Assembly: GCA_963666425.2 (NCBI GenBank)
Contig: OY762825.2
Coordinates: forward strand, 2,208,001-2,272,000
Origin: Bacillota bacterium
GTDB taxonomy: Bacteria; Bacillota; JAAYKD01
Reading direction: 5' to 3'
DNA length: 64,000 nucleotides
In this document: piece by piece, positions 51,153 to 60,857 of the stretch
Layout: each line of letters opens with the position of its first letter
Position numbering within the stretch: position 1 is the first letter of the stretch
Notes under the pieces: generated by a model
Database searches by the model: none
Seen by the model: only the letters and a program-made list of their open reading frames with translations
Told to the model about the DNA's origin: nothing
Program-made: the position numbers and the translations under genes

Positions 51153-51886
51153 GCAGCCCTCGCTTCTTAAGACAGGGTGAAAGCGGTTTGGTAGTGGAGT
51201 TTGGCGACCGTATCGATCCCACTTTGGTAGCGCAGGTGCGCAGCCTGGAAAACGCCTTACAGCGGGAAAATATCGCTGCCATTCGGGAAACGATTCCCAC
51301 CTATCGCTCCCTGCTGATTGCCTACGATCCGCTGCAGCTGCACTTTGACGATTTAAAGCATGAAGTCGAGCGTTTGCTGCAGCATGTCTCGCATGAAACG
51401 GCAGAAGCGGAAGTCGTGGAAATTCCTGTTTGTTATGGCGGTCTCTTCGGACCCGATCTGCACGATGTAGCAGAACATGCCGGCGTAACGGAAGAGAAGG
51501 TGATCGAACTGCACAGCTCGGTCGATTATTTGATTTATATGCTGGGCTTCACGCCGGGTTTTCCTTATCTGGGCGGTTTGCCGCCGGAAATTGCCTGTCC
51601 GCGTTTGCCTTCTCCCCGCACAGCGGTACCGATCGGATCCGTCGGCATAGCGGAAACACAGACGGGCGTCTATCCCTTGGAAACACCCGGTGGCTGGCGC
51701 CTGATTGGGCGGACGCCGCTGAAACTCTTTAATCCCCAGCTGGACCAACCGGTTTTACTGAAAGCCGGTGACTATCTGCGCTTTTCACCGATCAGTTTAG
51801 CCGATTATGAGAGGATCCAACAAGAGGTTTCACTGAATGCTTATCAAGTGATCCGCCGCCGGAAAGAGGGAGGCGATGTCCGATGA
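51149..51886 (+). CDS. pxpB: 5-oxoprolinase subunit B
   Basis: PTYRSL, IPVCYGG, LGFTPGFPYLGG, TPGGWRLIGRTP. Confidence 0.95.
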   Translation: MSSPRFLRQGESGLVVEFGDRIDPTLVAQVRSLENALQRENIAAIRETIPTYRSLLIAYDPLQLHFDDLKHEVERLLQHVSHETAEAEVVEIPVCYGGLFGPDLHDVAEHAGVTEEKVIELHSSVDYLIYMLGFTPGFPYLGGLPPEIACPRLPSPRTAVPIGSVGIAETQTGVYPLETPGGWRLIGRTPLKLFNPQLDQPVLLKAGDYLRFSPISLADYERIQQEVSLNAYQVIRRRKEGGDVR

Positions 51887-52914
51887 GTCTACAATTACTG
51901 GTGGGGCAACCCGGTTTGCTGACGACCGTGCAGGATTTGGGCCGATATGGCTATGGTTCCATTGGTCTGCCTGCCGCCGGAGTGATGGATGAATACGCTG
52001 CTTCCGTGGCGAATTTCATGCTGGGCAACGAGGCTGAGGCGGCCGTGCTGGAAATCACTTTGCTGGGACCGACCTTGACTGCAGTCGGCAGCGGCCTGGC
52101 TGCGCTGGTGGGCGGTGATCTGGGCGCTAAACTCAATGGCATCGCCTTACCTGTTTGCGGCAGCTTTTGGCTGCATGAGGGTGATGTCTTGAGTTTCCGC
52201 GGTGGCACAGGCAGCCGTACTTACCTTGCTTTGGCAGGTGGAATTGATATAGCGCTTGTTCTGCACAGCCGCAGTACTTTTTTACGCGGTAAACTAGGCG
52301 GTTTTCAGGGCAGAGCCCTGATGCGCGGTGATCTGATTGCGGCTGGTGCCGCAGCAGGGCTGCCTGCCTGGTATGGCCGGCTGCCGGAACGGTTTTGGCC
52401 GCAAAGCCAAGGCGAGCGGCAGCTGATTCGGGTTTTACTTGGGCCACAAGGTGATTTTTTCGGCGCAGCTGAAAAATTGAGCTTCTTTACGCAAACCTGG
52501 CAGGTGAGCAAAGATTCCGACCGCATGGGTTATCGCCTGGAAGGGGAAGCGCTGCATCATCTGGATAAAAAAGAGATCGTTTCTGATGGTGTGATGAAAG
52601 GCGCGATTCAAGTGCCGGGTCATGGCCAGCCGATTGTCTTGCTGGCGGATGCCCAAACGACGGGGGGTTATCCCAAAATCGCAACGGTAATCGGGCCTGA
52701 CTTAGGTAAGTTCGCCTATTTTTCTGCGGGTAATCGGTTACGTTTTCAGGAAGTCAGTTATGAGGCGGCGCTGCAGGCCCGGCGTGATCGGAATGCACAG
52801 TATGCAGCCATTAAAAATTGGCTGGCAGGTCAAACGACGCCTACCAGCCACCTCTATAGAATTTCTGTCAAAGGAGAAGTCTTTACCGTGCGGGTGGATG
52901 AGAAATTAGAGTAG
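51883..52914 (+). CDS. pxpC: 5-oxoprolinase subunit C
   Basis: PGLLTTVQDLGR, SDRMGYRL, GAIQVP, QTTGGYPKIATV. Confidence 0.93.
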   Translation: MSLQLLVGQPGLLTTVQDLGRYGYGSIGLPAAGVMDEYAASVANFMLGNEAEAAVLEITLLGPTLTAVGSGLAALVGGDLGAKLNGIALPVCGSFWLHEGDVLSFRGGTGSRTYLALAGGIDIALVLHSRSTFLRGKLGGFQGRALMRGDLIAAGAAAGLPAWYGRLPERFWPQSQGERQLIRVLLGPQGDFFGAAEKLSFFTQTWQVSKDSDRMGYRLEGEALHHLDKKEIVSDGVMKGAIQVPGHGQPIVLLADAQTTGGYPKIATVIGPDLGKFAYFSAGNRLRFQEVSYEAALQARRDRNAQYAAIKNWLAGQTTPTSHLYRISVKGEVFTVRVDEKLE

Positions 52915-54117
52915 CTTGGCCTGCCTTTGCTCCAATTTAAACCGCATCAGCAGTAAATCGAACAGCAGAACCAAACAACAGAAGAAAAATACACCGCGGT
53001 AACCGATATAAGTGGCAGCAAAACCCAGAGTAAAGGCACCCAAACTGGCGCCTAAATCAGAAGCGGCCATATAAGTAGAATTGGCTTTGCCCCGTCTTTG
53101 TGACGGGGCTTTTTCTACGGCCATGATGTTTAATAAAGGGAAACATAAACCACCTCCGATGCCATAGAAACCGGCTGCTAACAGCAGAATGGTTTTATTT
53201 GTGGCAAAAGCCATTAACAGAAGAGCGGTCGTAGTGATCAGCATTCCCGCCGTCAGAGTATTTTTCACACCAAATCGCTTCGCCAAGGCAGCTGCCTGCA
53301 AGCGACTGAATAACAGACAGGCCGCTTGCGTGGCATAGATTGCAGTCAATCCGCTGACACCGAGTGAAGTTGCAAACGGAAATAGGAACGTCATCAGTCC
53401 ACCCATGGGAAAGGCGTAGAGCAGCATAATCATACCCGGAAGCAAGGCGGTCTTTTCAAAAAAAGCATCAAATAAACCAAGCATACCATTAGTCAAAGGT
53501 ATTTTTTCCGGATGGACCCGGTGTTTCATTTCCTGACCTTGTTCATAGTTCATGCGGGTGGTCAACAACCAAGCTAAACCGGAAAAAATGCCGACCAACA
53601 GGAATAATCGAGCGGAAGGATAGTTTTCCCAGAGATAGAGACCAAAAATCGAACCAAACATGCTGCCGATTGTGCTGAATAAGCCGAAATAACCAATTCC
53701 TTCGGCAAAACGTTCACTGGGCAGGAGATCGGCAGCCATAGTGGAAAATGTAACGGTAGCCAGTGACATACCGATGCCTTGCAACAGGCGCAGCAGTACA
53801 GTAACCAGTGGCAGCGGGAAGCAGACATATCCGATCAATCCCAGGACAAAACAAGCAAGACCGGTCAGTGCCATGCTGCGCCGGCCATATAAATCGATCA
53901 GGTAACCTGAGGATAACCGCATAATCAGGATACAAAAAGTATAGGTGCCGCTGATAATACCGATTTCAGCTAAGTGGAAGCCGAGATAAGCCAGATACAA
54001 CGGAAAGATCGTAAAAACCATTTCGGTCGACAAACCAAATGAGACAGAAATACTGCCTAAGAGCAGGAACCTTCTGTTCCATACAGAGGTTGCTGCTGTA
54101 CCGCTTGACTGTGCCAT
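52906..54117 (-). CDS. MFS transporter
   Basis: Motif A (GYLIDLYGRR), RLLQGIG, RRGKANST; start MAQSS at 54117. Confidence 0.9.
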   Translation of the reverse strand: MAQSSGTAATSVWNRRFLLLGSISVSFGLSTEMVFTIFPLYLAYLGFHLAEIGIISGTYTFCILIMRLSSGYLIDLYGRRSMALTGLACFVLGLIGYVCFPLPLVTVLLRLLQGIGMSLATVTFSTMAADLLPSERFAEGIGYFGLFSTIGSMFGSIFGLYLWENYPSARLFLLVGIFSGLAWLLTTRMNYEQGQEMKHRVHPEKIPLTNGMLGLFDAFFEKTALLPGMIMLLYAFPMGGLMTFLFPFATSLGVSGLTAIYATQAACLLFSRLQAAALAKRFGVKNTLTAGMLITTTALLLMAFATNKTILLLAAGFYGIGGGLCFPLLNIMAVEKAPSQRRGKANSTYMAASDLGASLGAFTLGFAATYIGYRGVFFFCCLVLLFDLLLMRFKLEQRQAKLL

Positions 54118-54322
54118 CGATAAAACTCCTTGTCCTATTATTCTGCGCTGTGTCTGTGAGCAGGAAATGAGCAGCAGCACTGTGAATTATAAAATAAAAG
54201 GTGAGGTGCTCTGTAGGTATTGTAGTCGGGTGGCGCTGCTGCCGTCAACCATCAACTTCGCAAAACAAGTTGACTAATCAACACTTGTCCGAAAAAAATG
54301 GAAACGAAAAGGAGGGAGAATC

Positions 54323-54886
54323 ATGGCGGATCGACGTTATCGCAAAACAGAAGCAGCGATTGAAGCGGCTTTTCTGAAATTAGTATCAGAAAAACCGATT
54401 CGGCAAATCACGGTCAAAGAACTGTATGAAGTGGCAGATATGAATAAAAGTACTTTTTATGCTCATTATCAGGATATTTACGCTTACGCTGAAGTTTGGC
54501 TGTTGGGAACTGTGGCAACTTTTGATCAGATATTGGCTGATTATAATTTTGAGCAATTGATTTTCCATCTGCCATTTGTGATACGACGAATCACGGAGAA
54601 GATTCACCAATTTTCCGAGCAATATCGTATGACGGCGAAATCACCGGAAGTTTCGACCCTATTGGTGCAAATCAAGAAGAAGCTGGTAGAGCGAATGCTG
54701 CAGCGCGCTACCGCTGGAGAACGTGCGGATATGAGCTTTCGCTGTTCGGTGACTTTTGTAATTTTCGGCATTATTGGTTTATATGAAACCTATTATTACA
54801 GCGAGCTGACGGAGGAAACGATTGCAAATGTGTCACATCGTATTCAAGCTGCTTATGCGCTGCAGCCTTTTGGCAAGCTTTCTTGA
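54323..54886 (+). CDS. TetR/AcrR family regulator
   Basis: DRRYRKT...ITVKEL...MNKSTFYAHYQDI; divergent from the MFS gene. Confidence 0.92.
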   Translation: MADRRYRKTEAAIEAAFLKLVSEKPIRQITVKELYEVADMNKSTFYAHYQDIYAYAEVWLLGTVATFDQILADYNFEQLIFHLPFVIRRITEKIHQFSEQYRMTAKSPEVSTLLVQIKKKLVERMLQRATAGERADMSFRCSVTFVIFGIIGLYETYYYSELTEETIANVSHRIQAAYALQPFGKLS

Positions 54887-54999
54887 ATAAACCTCAGCAA
54901 AATAGCGAAAAAAGACTTTCCAATTAGAAAAGAATATGGTATACTAAAGGACGTTATCGTTTGAAAACAACGAAATCAACGTGAGAAGAGGTGCTACGT

Positions 55000-55152
55000 A
55001 TGCCTAAAACAAAAAGAGGTAAGAACATTAAAGCCACTGCCGGTTGGAGAGGTACCTGCCCTGTCTGTAAGAGAACCGGTGTAAAATTATTATGGAATAA
55101 GAATGATGCCAATGGCAATGCAATCAATGTATGCAAACGCTGCGGTAAATAA
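55000..55152 (+). CDS. 50-aa basic zinc-ribbon protein (not in the ORF track)
   Basis: MPKTKRGKNIKATAGWRGTCPVCKRTGVKLLWNKNDANGNAINVCKRCGK*; RBS GAGGTG, extended -10 TGgTATACT (54937-54945), own terminator. Confidence 0.85.
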   Translation: MPKTKRGKNIKATAGWRGTCPVCKRTGVKLLWNKNDANGNAINVCKRCGK

Positions 55153-55163
55153 TCGGTAAACTG

Positions 55164-55207
55164 AAAAGCTTGTGGATCAAAAAAGATTCGCAGGCTTTTT
55201 TATTTTC
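55164..55207 (+). terminator. terminator after the small zinc-ribbon gene
   Basis: AAAAGCTTGTGGATC-AAAAAA-GATTCGCAGGCTTTT followed by a T-rich tail. Confidence 0.75.
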
Positions 55208-55292
55208 TTCTTTTATCGGTTTTGTTGATGGAAGAAGCCAGTCTGTTTCGAATATAACGCGCGTTATAAAAAAGGAAAACAGACCGTTCGCT

Positions 55293-55967
55293 TTACCGGC
55301 AATCGATAAAGCGTTTGATATTTGCTTCCTTCGCCAGGGGGTTCAGCCGCAGGATTTGTTCCCGAATGGCAGCTTCTGCTTCGCAGCAAGAGAGCTGTTC
55401 GGCTTCTGCCTGCAGTTCAGATGTAAAAAATTCTTCTGCCGTGGAAAAGGTGCTGACAGGCCAGCCATACGGTTCGCCATTTTTACTCAGCTTGCGCGTC
55501 TCGCCATCCAAGGTGATCAGCAGCAGCATCTGCAGTTGAACTAAAGCGGTTTCCGCTGTTGGATCACCGGTGATTGCTTTGATCGTGTGCAGTGACGAAG
55601 CGGTTCCGTTTTTGATCAGAGCATAGATGTCCCGTTCCAGCCGGCTGAGCTTCCCTTCTGCGTATAATTCTTCGCAGCTTTTTGCCGCACGCCGCACGGC
55701 AATAAAATAGGGATACCATTTTCGCGTGATCCAGCCGCTTTTTTTCAAAAAAACCTTACCATAGGCAACATCGTCGTATTCCAAAACGGCTCTGATGCGC
55801 CAGGTCCAGGGATCGCTTTCCGGTTCGCCGGTGTGCCAGACAATCAGCGGGGAGGCGTAATTCTGCAGGGTGAAGATCCCTTCATTATTCTCACCGGCTG
55901 TCGAAAAACCGGCTTGCTGCAGAGCGGTATAAAAATCTTTGAATTGACCGATCATCGGAATCTCCAT
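55293..55967 (-). CDS. AlkZ-related winged-helix protein
   Basis: WHTGEPESDPWTWR, VAYGKVFLKKSGWIT, LVQLQMLLLIT, PYGW; family recalled from memory. Confidence 0.6.
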   Translation of the reverse strand: MEIPMIGQFKDFYTALQQAGFSTAGENNEGIFTLQNYASPLIVWHTGEPESDPWTWRIRAVLEYDDVAYGKVFLKKSGWITRKWYPYFIAVRRAAKSCEELYAEGKLSRLERDIYALIKNGTASSLHTIKAITGDPTAETALVQLQMLLLITLDGETRKLSKNGEPYGWPVSTFSTAEEFFTSELQAEAEQLSCCEAEAAIREQILRLNPLAKEANIKRFIDCR

Positions 55968-56243
55968 CCAAAATTACCTCCGTAGAAATGAATTTCTGCC
56001 GCCGGATTGTCAGGCAGGATTCCACCAGGCAGCGAGAGAAAGAGAGAGCAGGTTGTTTATATTCAATACGAGTCAGCCCATGACGCAGCACAAAATCTAC
56101 CCGATCCGAAGCAGCAGACGATGATCACAGCAGCCGCCTGGGCACGGAAGAACAGCTTTTTTTGCGAAGGGAGATTGCGAAAGGATAAGACTCCTATTCA
56201 ATTCTCTTTTACGCGGTTAATTCCTTTGCATGGGGAGGTCAGA

Positions 56244-56846
56244 ATGAAGACAAGATACATGGAAGTGCCAAACCCGCAGCCGCGGCAATTAAGCTGCCGA
56301 TCCGAGCGGAAAGAGGATGCGGCTTGCATTCGTCTGATTCATACTACCGCATTTGGGCACGACTGGGAAGCCAATCTGATTGAAGAACTGCGCCAAGAGA
56401 ACCTGCTGGATCCCGCTCTCTCTTTGCTCGGCATGGTCAACGGGGAAGTCGCCGCTCACATTCTTTTTACTCCGGTCAGCATTCATAACAGCGTTCGCAA
56501 GCTGCCTGTGATGTTATTGGCACCGCTGGCTGTTTTGCCTCAATATCAGGGCATCGGCGTCGGCAGCCTGCTGGTTCGGGAAGGACTGCGTCTCTGCAAG
56601 GAACGCGGTCTTAAAATTGTGCTCGTCTACGGTGAAGCTTATTATGCCCGCTTTGGCTTTCGGCCAGCCAGAGAATTTAACGTTTTTCGTCCGATTGTGG
56701 AAACAGGAGACCATTTCTGGCTGCTGGAATTGGTTCCGGAGGCGGCGGTCAATGCGAGCGGCGTGATCGAATATCCCAAACCGTTTTACCCGCTTGTGTT
56801 CCAAAATGTGCTGGCAGCCTTGCATCTGAGCACCTTGAAATGTTAA
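56244..56846 (+). CDS. GNAT N-acetyltransferase (YhbS-like)
   Basis: AHILFT, LAPLAVLPQYQGIGVGSLLV, YYARFGF; ATG 56244 after GGAGG. Confidence 0.9.
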   Translation: MKTRYMEVPNPQPRQLSCRSERKEDAACIRLIHTTAFGHDWEANLIEELRQENLLDPALSLLGMVNGEVAAHILFTPVSIHNSVRKLPVMLLAPLAVLPQYQGIGVGSLLVREGLRLCKERGLKIVLVYGEAYYARFGFRPAREFNVFRPIVETGDHFWLLELVPEAAVNASGVIEYPKPFYPLVFQNVLAALHLSTLKC

Positions 56847-56968
56847 AAAACAATGACAAAAAACCGAGGCGGGTTATTGCATTAAATGAGGGATTGTGTT
56901 ATTCTATGACTATGTGACGTGCGTAAAAAGCGCACCACGAAATAATTTTTAGGAGGAAAGAACTGAAA

Positions 56969-58045
56969 ATGAAGAGAAAAAGTATTACGATGTTACTTAT
57001 TCTGGCCATGGTTTTAGCTATGTTTGCAGGCTGCGCTCCGAAAAAAGAAACTTTTGAAATTGGTTTAGTCACAGATGTTGGTACTATTGATGACAAATCC
57101 TTTAACCAGGGCGCTTGGGAAGGTGTCGTTCAATATGCAAACGAAAGTAAGAAAACCTTTAAGTATTACCAACCAAAAAGCGATGCGAAAGACGATTTGC
57201 TTGCCTCCATTGGCCTTGCCATTGACGGCGGAGCAAAAATCGTGGTTTGCCCCGGTTTCAATTTTGAAGTAGCTATTTATGAAGCCCAGACCAAGTATCC
57301 CAAAGTAAACTTTATTCTCCTGGATGGCGTACCTCATACTGCAGATTTTAAAACCTTCAAGACGGAATCCAATGTGAAATGCATTTCCTATGCAGAACAA
57401 GAAGCCGGATTCCTCGCCGGTTACGCTGTTGTCAAAGACGGCATGACCAAATTGGGCTTTATGGGCGGTATGGCTGTTCCCGCCGTGATCCGTTTTGGCT
57501 ATGGTTTTGTTCAAGGTGCTGATTATGCTGCCAAAGAAATGAAACTTGCCGCAGGTGCGATTGAAGTGAATTACAATTACACCGGCAAATTCGCAGCGAC
57601 ACCCGAAGCGCAAACGATGGCTGCCGGCTGGTTCACCAACGGCACTCAGGTTATCTTTGGCTGCGGTGGTGCTCTGGGCGATTCCGTAATGGCTGCCGCT
57701 GCGACAGCGAAAGCCAAAGCAATTGGTGTTGACGTCGATCAATCCAGCGAATCCCCAACCGTCATCACTTCTGCGATGAAGAACCTGACCAAATCCGTTT
57801 ATGATTCTCTGAAAGAATATTATGCCGGGAAATTCGCCGGTGGCGCCACTTTGACTGTTGACGTAAAATCCAAAGGCGTGGGCCTGCCGATGGCCACCTC
57901 CAAATTCACTACTTTTAAACAAGCAGATTACGATGCGATCTATGCCAAGTTAGTTGCCGGCGATATTAAGATCCTCGTCGATACGGATGTAGATTCCGCT
58001 GCGAAACTTACCACTACAAATGTAGTCGTCAACGAGATCAAATAA
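56969..58045 (+). CDS. BMP family lipoprotein (nucleoside ABC substrate-binding protein)
   Basis: Lipobox FAGC; IDDKSFNQGAWEG, AGFLAG, IGVDVDQ, TSAMK. Confidence 0.93.
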   Translation: MKRKSITMLLILAMVLAMFAGCAPKKETFEIGLVTDVGTIDDKSFNQGAWEGVVQYANESKKTFKYYQPKSDAKDDLLASIGLAIDGGAKIVVCPGFNFEVAIYEAQTKYPKVNFILLDGVPHTADFKTFKTESNVKCISYAEQEAGFLAGYAVVKDGMTKLGFMGGMAVPAVIRFGYGFVQGADYAAKEMKLAAGAIEVNYNYTGKFAATPEAQTMAAGWFTNGTQVIFGCGGALGDSVMAAAATAKAKAIGVDVDQSSESPTVITSAMKNLTKSVYDSLKEYYAGKFAGGATLTVDVKSKGVGLPMATSKFTTFKQADYDAIYAKLVAGDIKILVDTDVDSAAKLTTTNVVVNEIK

Positions 58046-58077
58046 GAAAGAACCTGAATGCTCTCGGTAATCGTCAA

Positions 58078-58108
58078 ACAGGGGGATGTTTATCCAACAT
58101 CTCCCTGT
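58078..58108 (+). terminator. intergenic hairpin after the binding-protein gene (partial terminator or mRNA stabiliser)
   Basis: ACAGGGGGATGTT-TATCC-AACATCTCCCTGT. Confidence 0.6.
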
Positions 58109-58159
58109 AATTATCATAAAGCTTTCAAGAGGCAGCAACGAAACAAGAGGGGATAAGTC

Positions 58160-59692
58160 ATGGAAAATGTCATTGAGATGCTCAATATCACGAAGAAGTT
58201 CCCCGGAATTATCGCCAATGACAATGTAACTTTTCTAGTCAGAAAAGGTGAAATCCACGCACTGCTTGGTGAGAACGGCGCGGGGAAATCGACGCTGATG
58301 AGCGTTCTTTTTGGTTTATATCAACCCGAAAAGGGAACGATTCGCATTAACGGGCAAGAAGCGAAAATTCGCAATCCCAATGACGCGAACCGCTATCATA
58401 TCGGTATGGTGCATCAGCATTTCAAGCTGGTGCAGAATTTTACTGTCCTGGAGAATATTATCCTTGGTGTTGAATCAACTCGTCAAGGATTTTTGGAAAT
58501 GAAAGAAGCCAGGGGCAAAGTGATCAAGCTCAGCGAAAAATATAAACTGAAGATCGATCCGGATGCCCTTGTATCCGATATTACCGTTGGCATGCAGCAG
58601 CGAGTAGAGATTCTAAAGATGCTCTACCGGGAGAATGAGATTTTGATTTTCGATGAGCCGACGGCTGTCTTAACCCCGCAGGAAATCATTGAATTAATCA
58701 AGATTATGAAGAATCTGGTGCATGAAGGAAAATCGATTGTCTTTATTACACATAAACTCAATGAGATCAAAGAGGCTGCCGACCGCTGTACTGTGCTGCG
58801 CAAAGGTAAATATATCGGCACAATCGATGTGCAGACCACCAGCAAAGAGCAAATGTCAGAAATGATGGTCGGACGCCTGGTCAATTTTAAAATAGATAAA
58901 AAAGCAGAAATCAAGGGTGAGCAAATCCTGAATGTGGAGCATTTATCCGTGAAAACCGGCCATCATGGTCAATCCGCTGTGGAGGATGTTTCTTTTATTG
59001 CCAATCGGGGTGAAATTGTCTGTGTCGCCGGAATTGACGGCAACGGACAGAGTGAACTGGTTTACGCTTTAACCGGCCTGCTGCCGGCGGGCAGCGGCAC
59101 GATTGAATTTATGGGTCAGGACATCACGCACCGCTCCATTCGTGACCGGACGCTGCTGGGTATGGCTCACATCCCGGAAGACAGACATAAGTATGGTTTG
59201 GTACTGGATTATTCGTTGGAGGAAAATTTAATTCTGCAAAGGTATTTCGAGCAGCCATTTTCCGTGCATGGCTTTCTGCAATTTGATGCCATTGACCAAT
59301 TTGCCCAGCAATTGATCGAACGCTTTGATATCCGCAGCGGTCAGGGAATCAAGACATCTGCCAGAAGTATGTCGGGTGGCAATCAGCAAAAAGCGATTTT
59401 GGCCCGGGAAATTGAACGCGATCCGGAACTCCTGATCGCCGTGCAGCCGACACGCGGCTTGGATGTAGGAGCGATTGAGTATATTCATAGCCAAATCATT
59501 GCCCAACGCGATCAAGGCAAAGCGATTTTATTGATTTCCTTGGAACTGGATGAAGTGATGGATGTCAGCGATCGTATTCTGGTGATGCACAATGGTCGAA
59601 TTGTAGCGAATCTGCTGCCGGAAGAGGTAACGATGCAAGAGCTTGGACTGTATATGTCCGGTGCGAAGGTGGGGGCGGGTTATGAAAGGTAG
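58160..59692 (+). CDS. nucleoside/sugar ABC transporter ATPase (two ABC domains)
   Basis: GENGAGKST, MVHQHF, DEPTAVLTP, SGGNQQK, QPTRGLDVGA. Confidence 0.95.
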   Translation: MENVIEMLNITKKFPGIIANDNVTFLVRKGEIHALLGENGAGKSTLMSVLFGLYQPEKGTIRINGQEAKIRNPNDANRYHIGMVHQHFKLVQNFTVLENIILGVESTRQGFLEMKEARGKVIKLSEKYKLKIDPDALVSDITVGMQQRVEILKMLYRENEILIFDEPTAVLTPQEIIELIKIMKNLVHEGKSIVFITHKLNEIKEAADRCTVLRKGKYIGTIDVQTTSKEQMSEMMVGRLVNFKIDKKAEIKGEQILNVEHLSVKTGHHGQSAVEDVSFIANRGEIVCVAGIDGNGQSELVYALTGLLPAGSGTIEFMGQDITHRSIRDRTLLGMAHIPEDRHKYGLVLDYSLEENLILQRYFEQPFSVHGFLQFDAIDQFAQQLIERFDIRSGQGIKTSARSMSGGNQQKAILAREIERDPELLIAVQPTRGLDVGAIEYIHSQIIAQRDQGKAILLISLELDEVMDVSDRILVMHNGRIVANLLPEEVTMQELGLYMSGAKVGAGYER

Positions 59693-60857
59693 AAGTGTCA
59701 GTAAATTAACACGAGCCATCCTGCCCTCCGTCTTGGCGGGACTCGCAGGTTTTTTACTTGGTTTTGTCATCATGCTGATTGTCAATCCGCAGCAAGCCCT
59801 GCAGGGGATCGGCATTATTTTAATGGGAGGTTTTCAAAAAGGCGCTGCCGGGATCGGTCAAACGCTCTATTATGCCACTCCCATTATCATGACCGGTCTG
59901 GCGGTTGGCTTTGCTTTTAAAACCGGTTTGTTCAATATCGGTGCTTCCGGACAGTTTATGCTGGGTTCCTTTGCCGCTGTCTATGTTGGTGTGACCATGA
60001 CTTGGCTGCCGGGCAGTATTCACTGGCTGGTGGCGCTTTTGGCAGCCATGCTGGCAGGAGCCTTATGGGGGATGATGCCGGGTCTGCTGAAAGCGGTCAG
60101 CAATGTCAGCGAAGTGATTACTTCGATCATGATGAATTATATCGGTATGAGTTTGGTCAATCTGTTGATCAAGGCTACCGTGTATAATAAACTCAAAAAT
60201 GAAACGATGCCGGTGGCGGAAGCCGCTAACATTCCGAAATGGGGCTTAGATCTACTCTTTCCGTATAGTAGTATGAATGGCGGTATTTTAATCGCCGTTC
60301 TGTGTGTAATTGTGATTTATATTGTTTTGAATAAGACAACTTTTGGTTATGAGCTGAAGGCCTGCGGTTTCAATAAAAGCGCCAGCCTCTATGCCGGGAT
60401 CAATGCCAAACGCAATATCGTTTTTTCGATGATGATCTCCGGTGCTTTGGCTGGGATTGGCGGCGGGTTGCTTTATTTATCCGGCTCCGGCAAATACATT
60501 AAAGTCATCGACATCATCGCCAGCGAAGGGTTTGATGGCATGTCAGTCGCCTTGTTAGGCTTATCGAATCCCGTCGGTATCCTGATTGCCGGTTTATTCA
60601 TTGCTTATATTCAGGTAGGCGGATTCAATTTGCAGTTATTGAATTATGATCAGGAGATCATCAACATTATCACAGCCGCCATCATCTATTTCAGCGGTTT
60701 TGTACTTGTTTTCCAAAACAATCTGGAACAGGTTCAAAATTGGTGGAAGGGCAGAAACTCCAAAAACAAGAGCAGTTTAGCGAACAGCGAAACAGAGGGG
60801 ACAGCATCAGAAACCCTGGAAAATGAGTCTCCCACGGAAGGAGGCGGTCAGCGATGA
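59682..60857 (+). CDS. nucleoside ABC transporter permease 1
   Basis: GLFNIGASGQ, EVITSIMMNYI, TTFGYELKACG; start ATG 59682. Confidence 0.92.
   Translation: MKGRSVSKLTRAILPSVLAGLAGFLLGFVIMLIVNPQQALQGIGIILMGGFQKGAAGIGQTLYYATPIIMTGLAVGFAFKTGLFNIGASGQFMLGSFAAVYVGVTMTWLPGSIHWLVALLAAMLAGALWGMMPGLLKAVSNVSEVITSIMMNYIGMSLVNLLIKATVYNKLKNETMPVAEAANIPKWGLDLLFPYSSMNGGILIAVLCVIVIYIVLNKTTFGYELKACGFNKSASLYAGINAKRNIVFSMMISGALAGIGGGLLYLSGSGKYIKVIDIIASEGFDGMSVALLGLSNPVGILIAGLFIAYIQVGGFNLQLLNYDQEIINIITAAIIYFSGFVLVFQNNLEQVQNWWKGRNSKNKSSLANSETEGTASETLENESPTEGGGQR

Noticed and set aside
54954-55136. 60-aa minus-strand ORF from the track
   Set aside because: Antisense to the better-supported plus-strand zinc-ribbon gene at 55000-55152
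56850-56968. Purine riboswitch upstream of the nucleoside ABC operon
   Set aside because: The conserved core (TATAAT..ATATGG..GTTTCTAC..CCGTAAA) is absent
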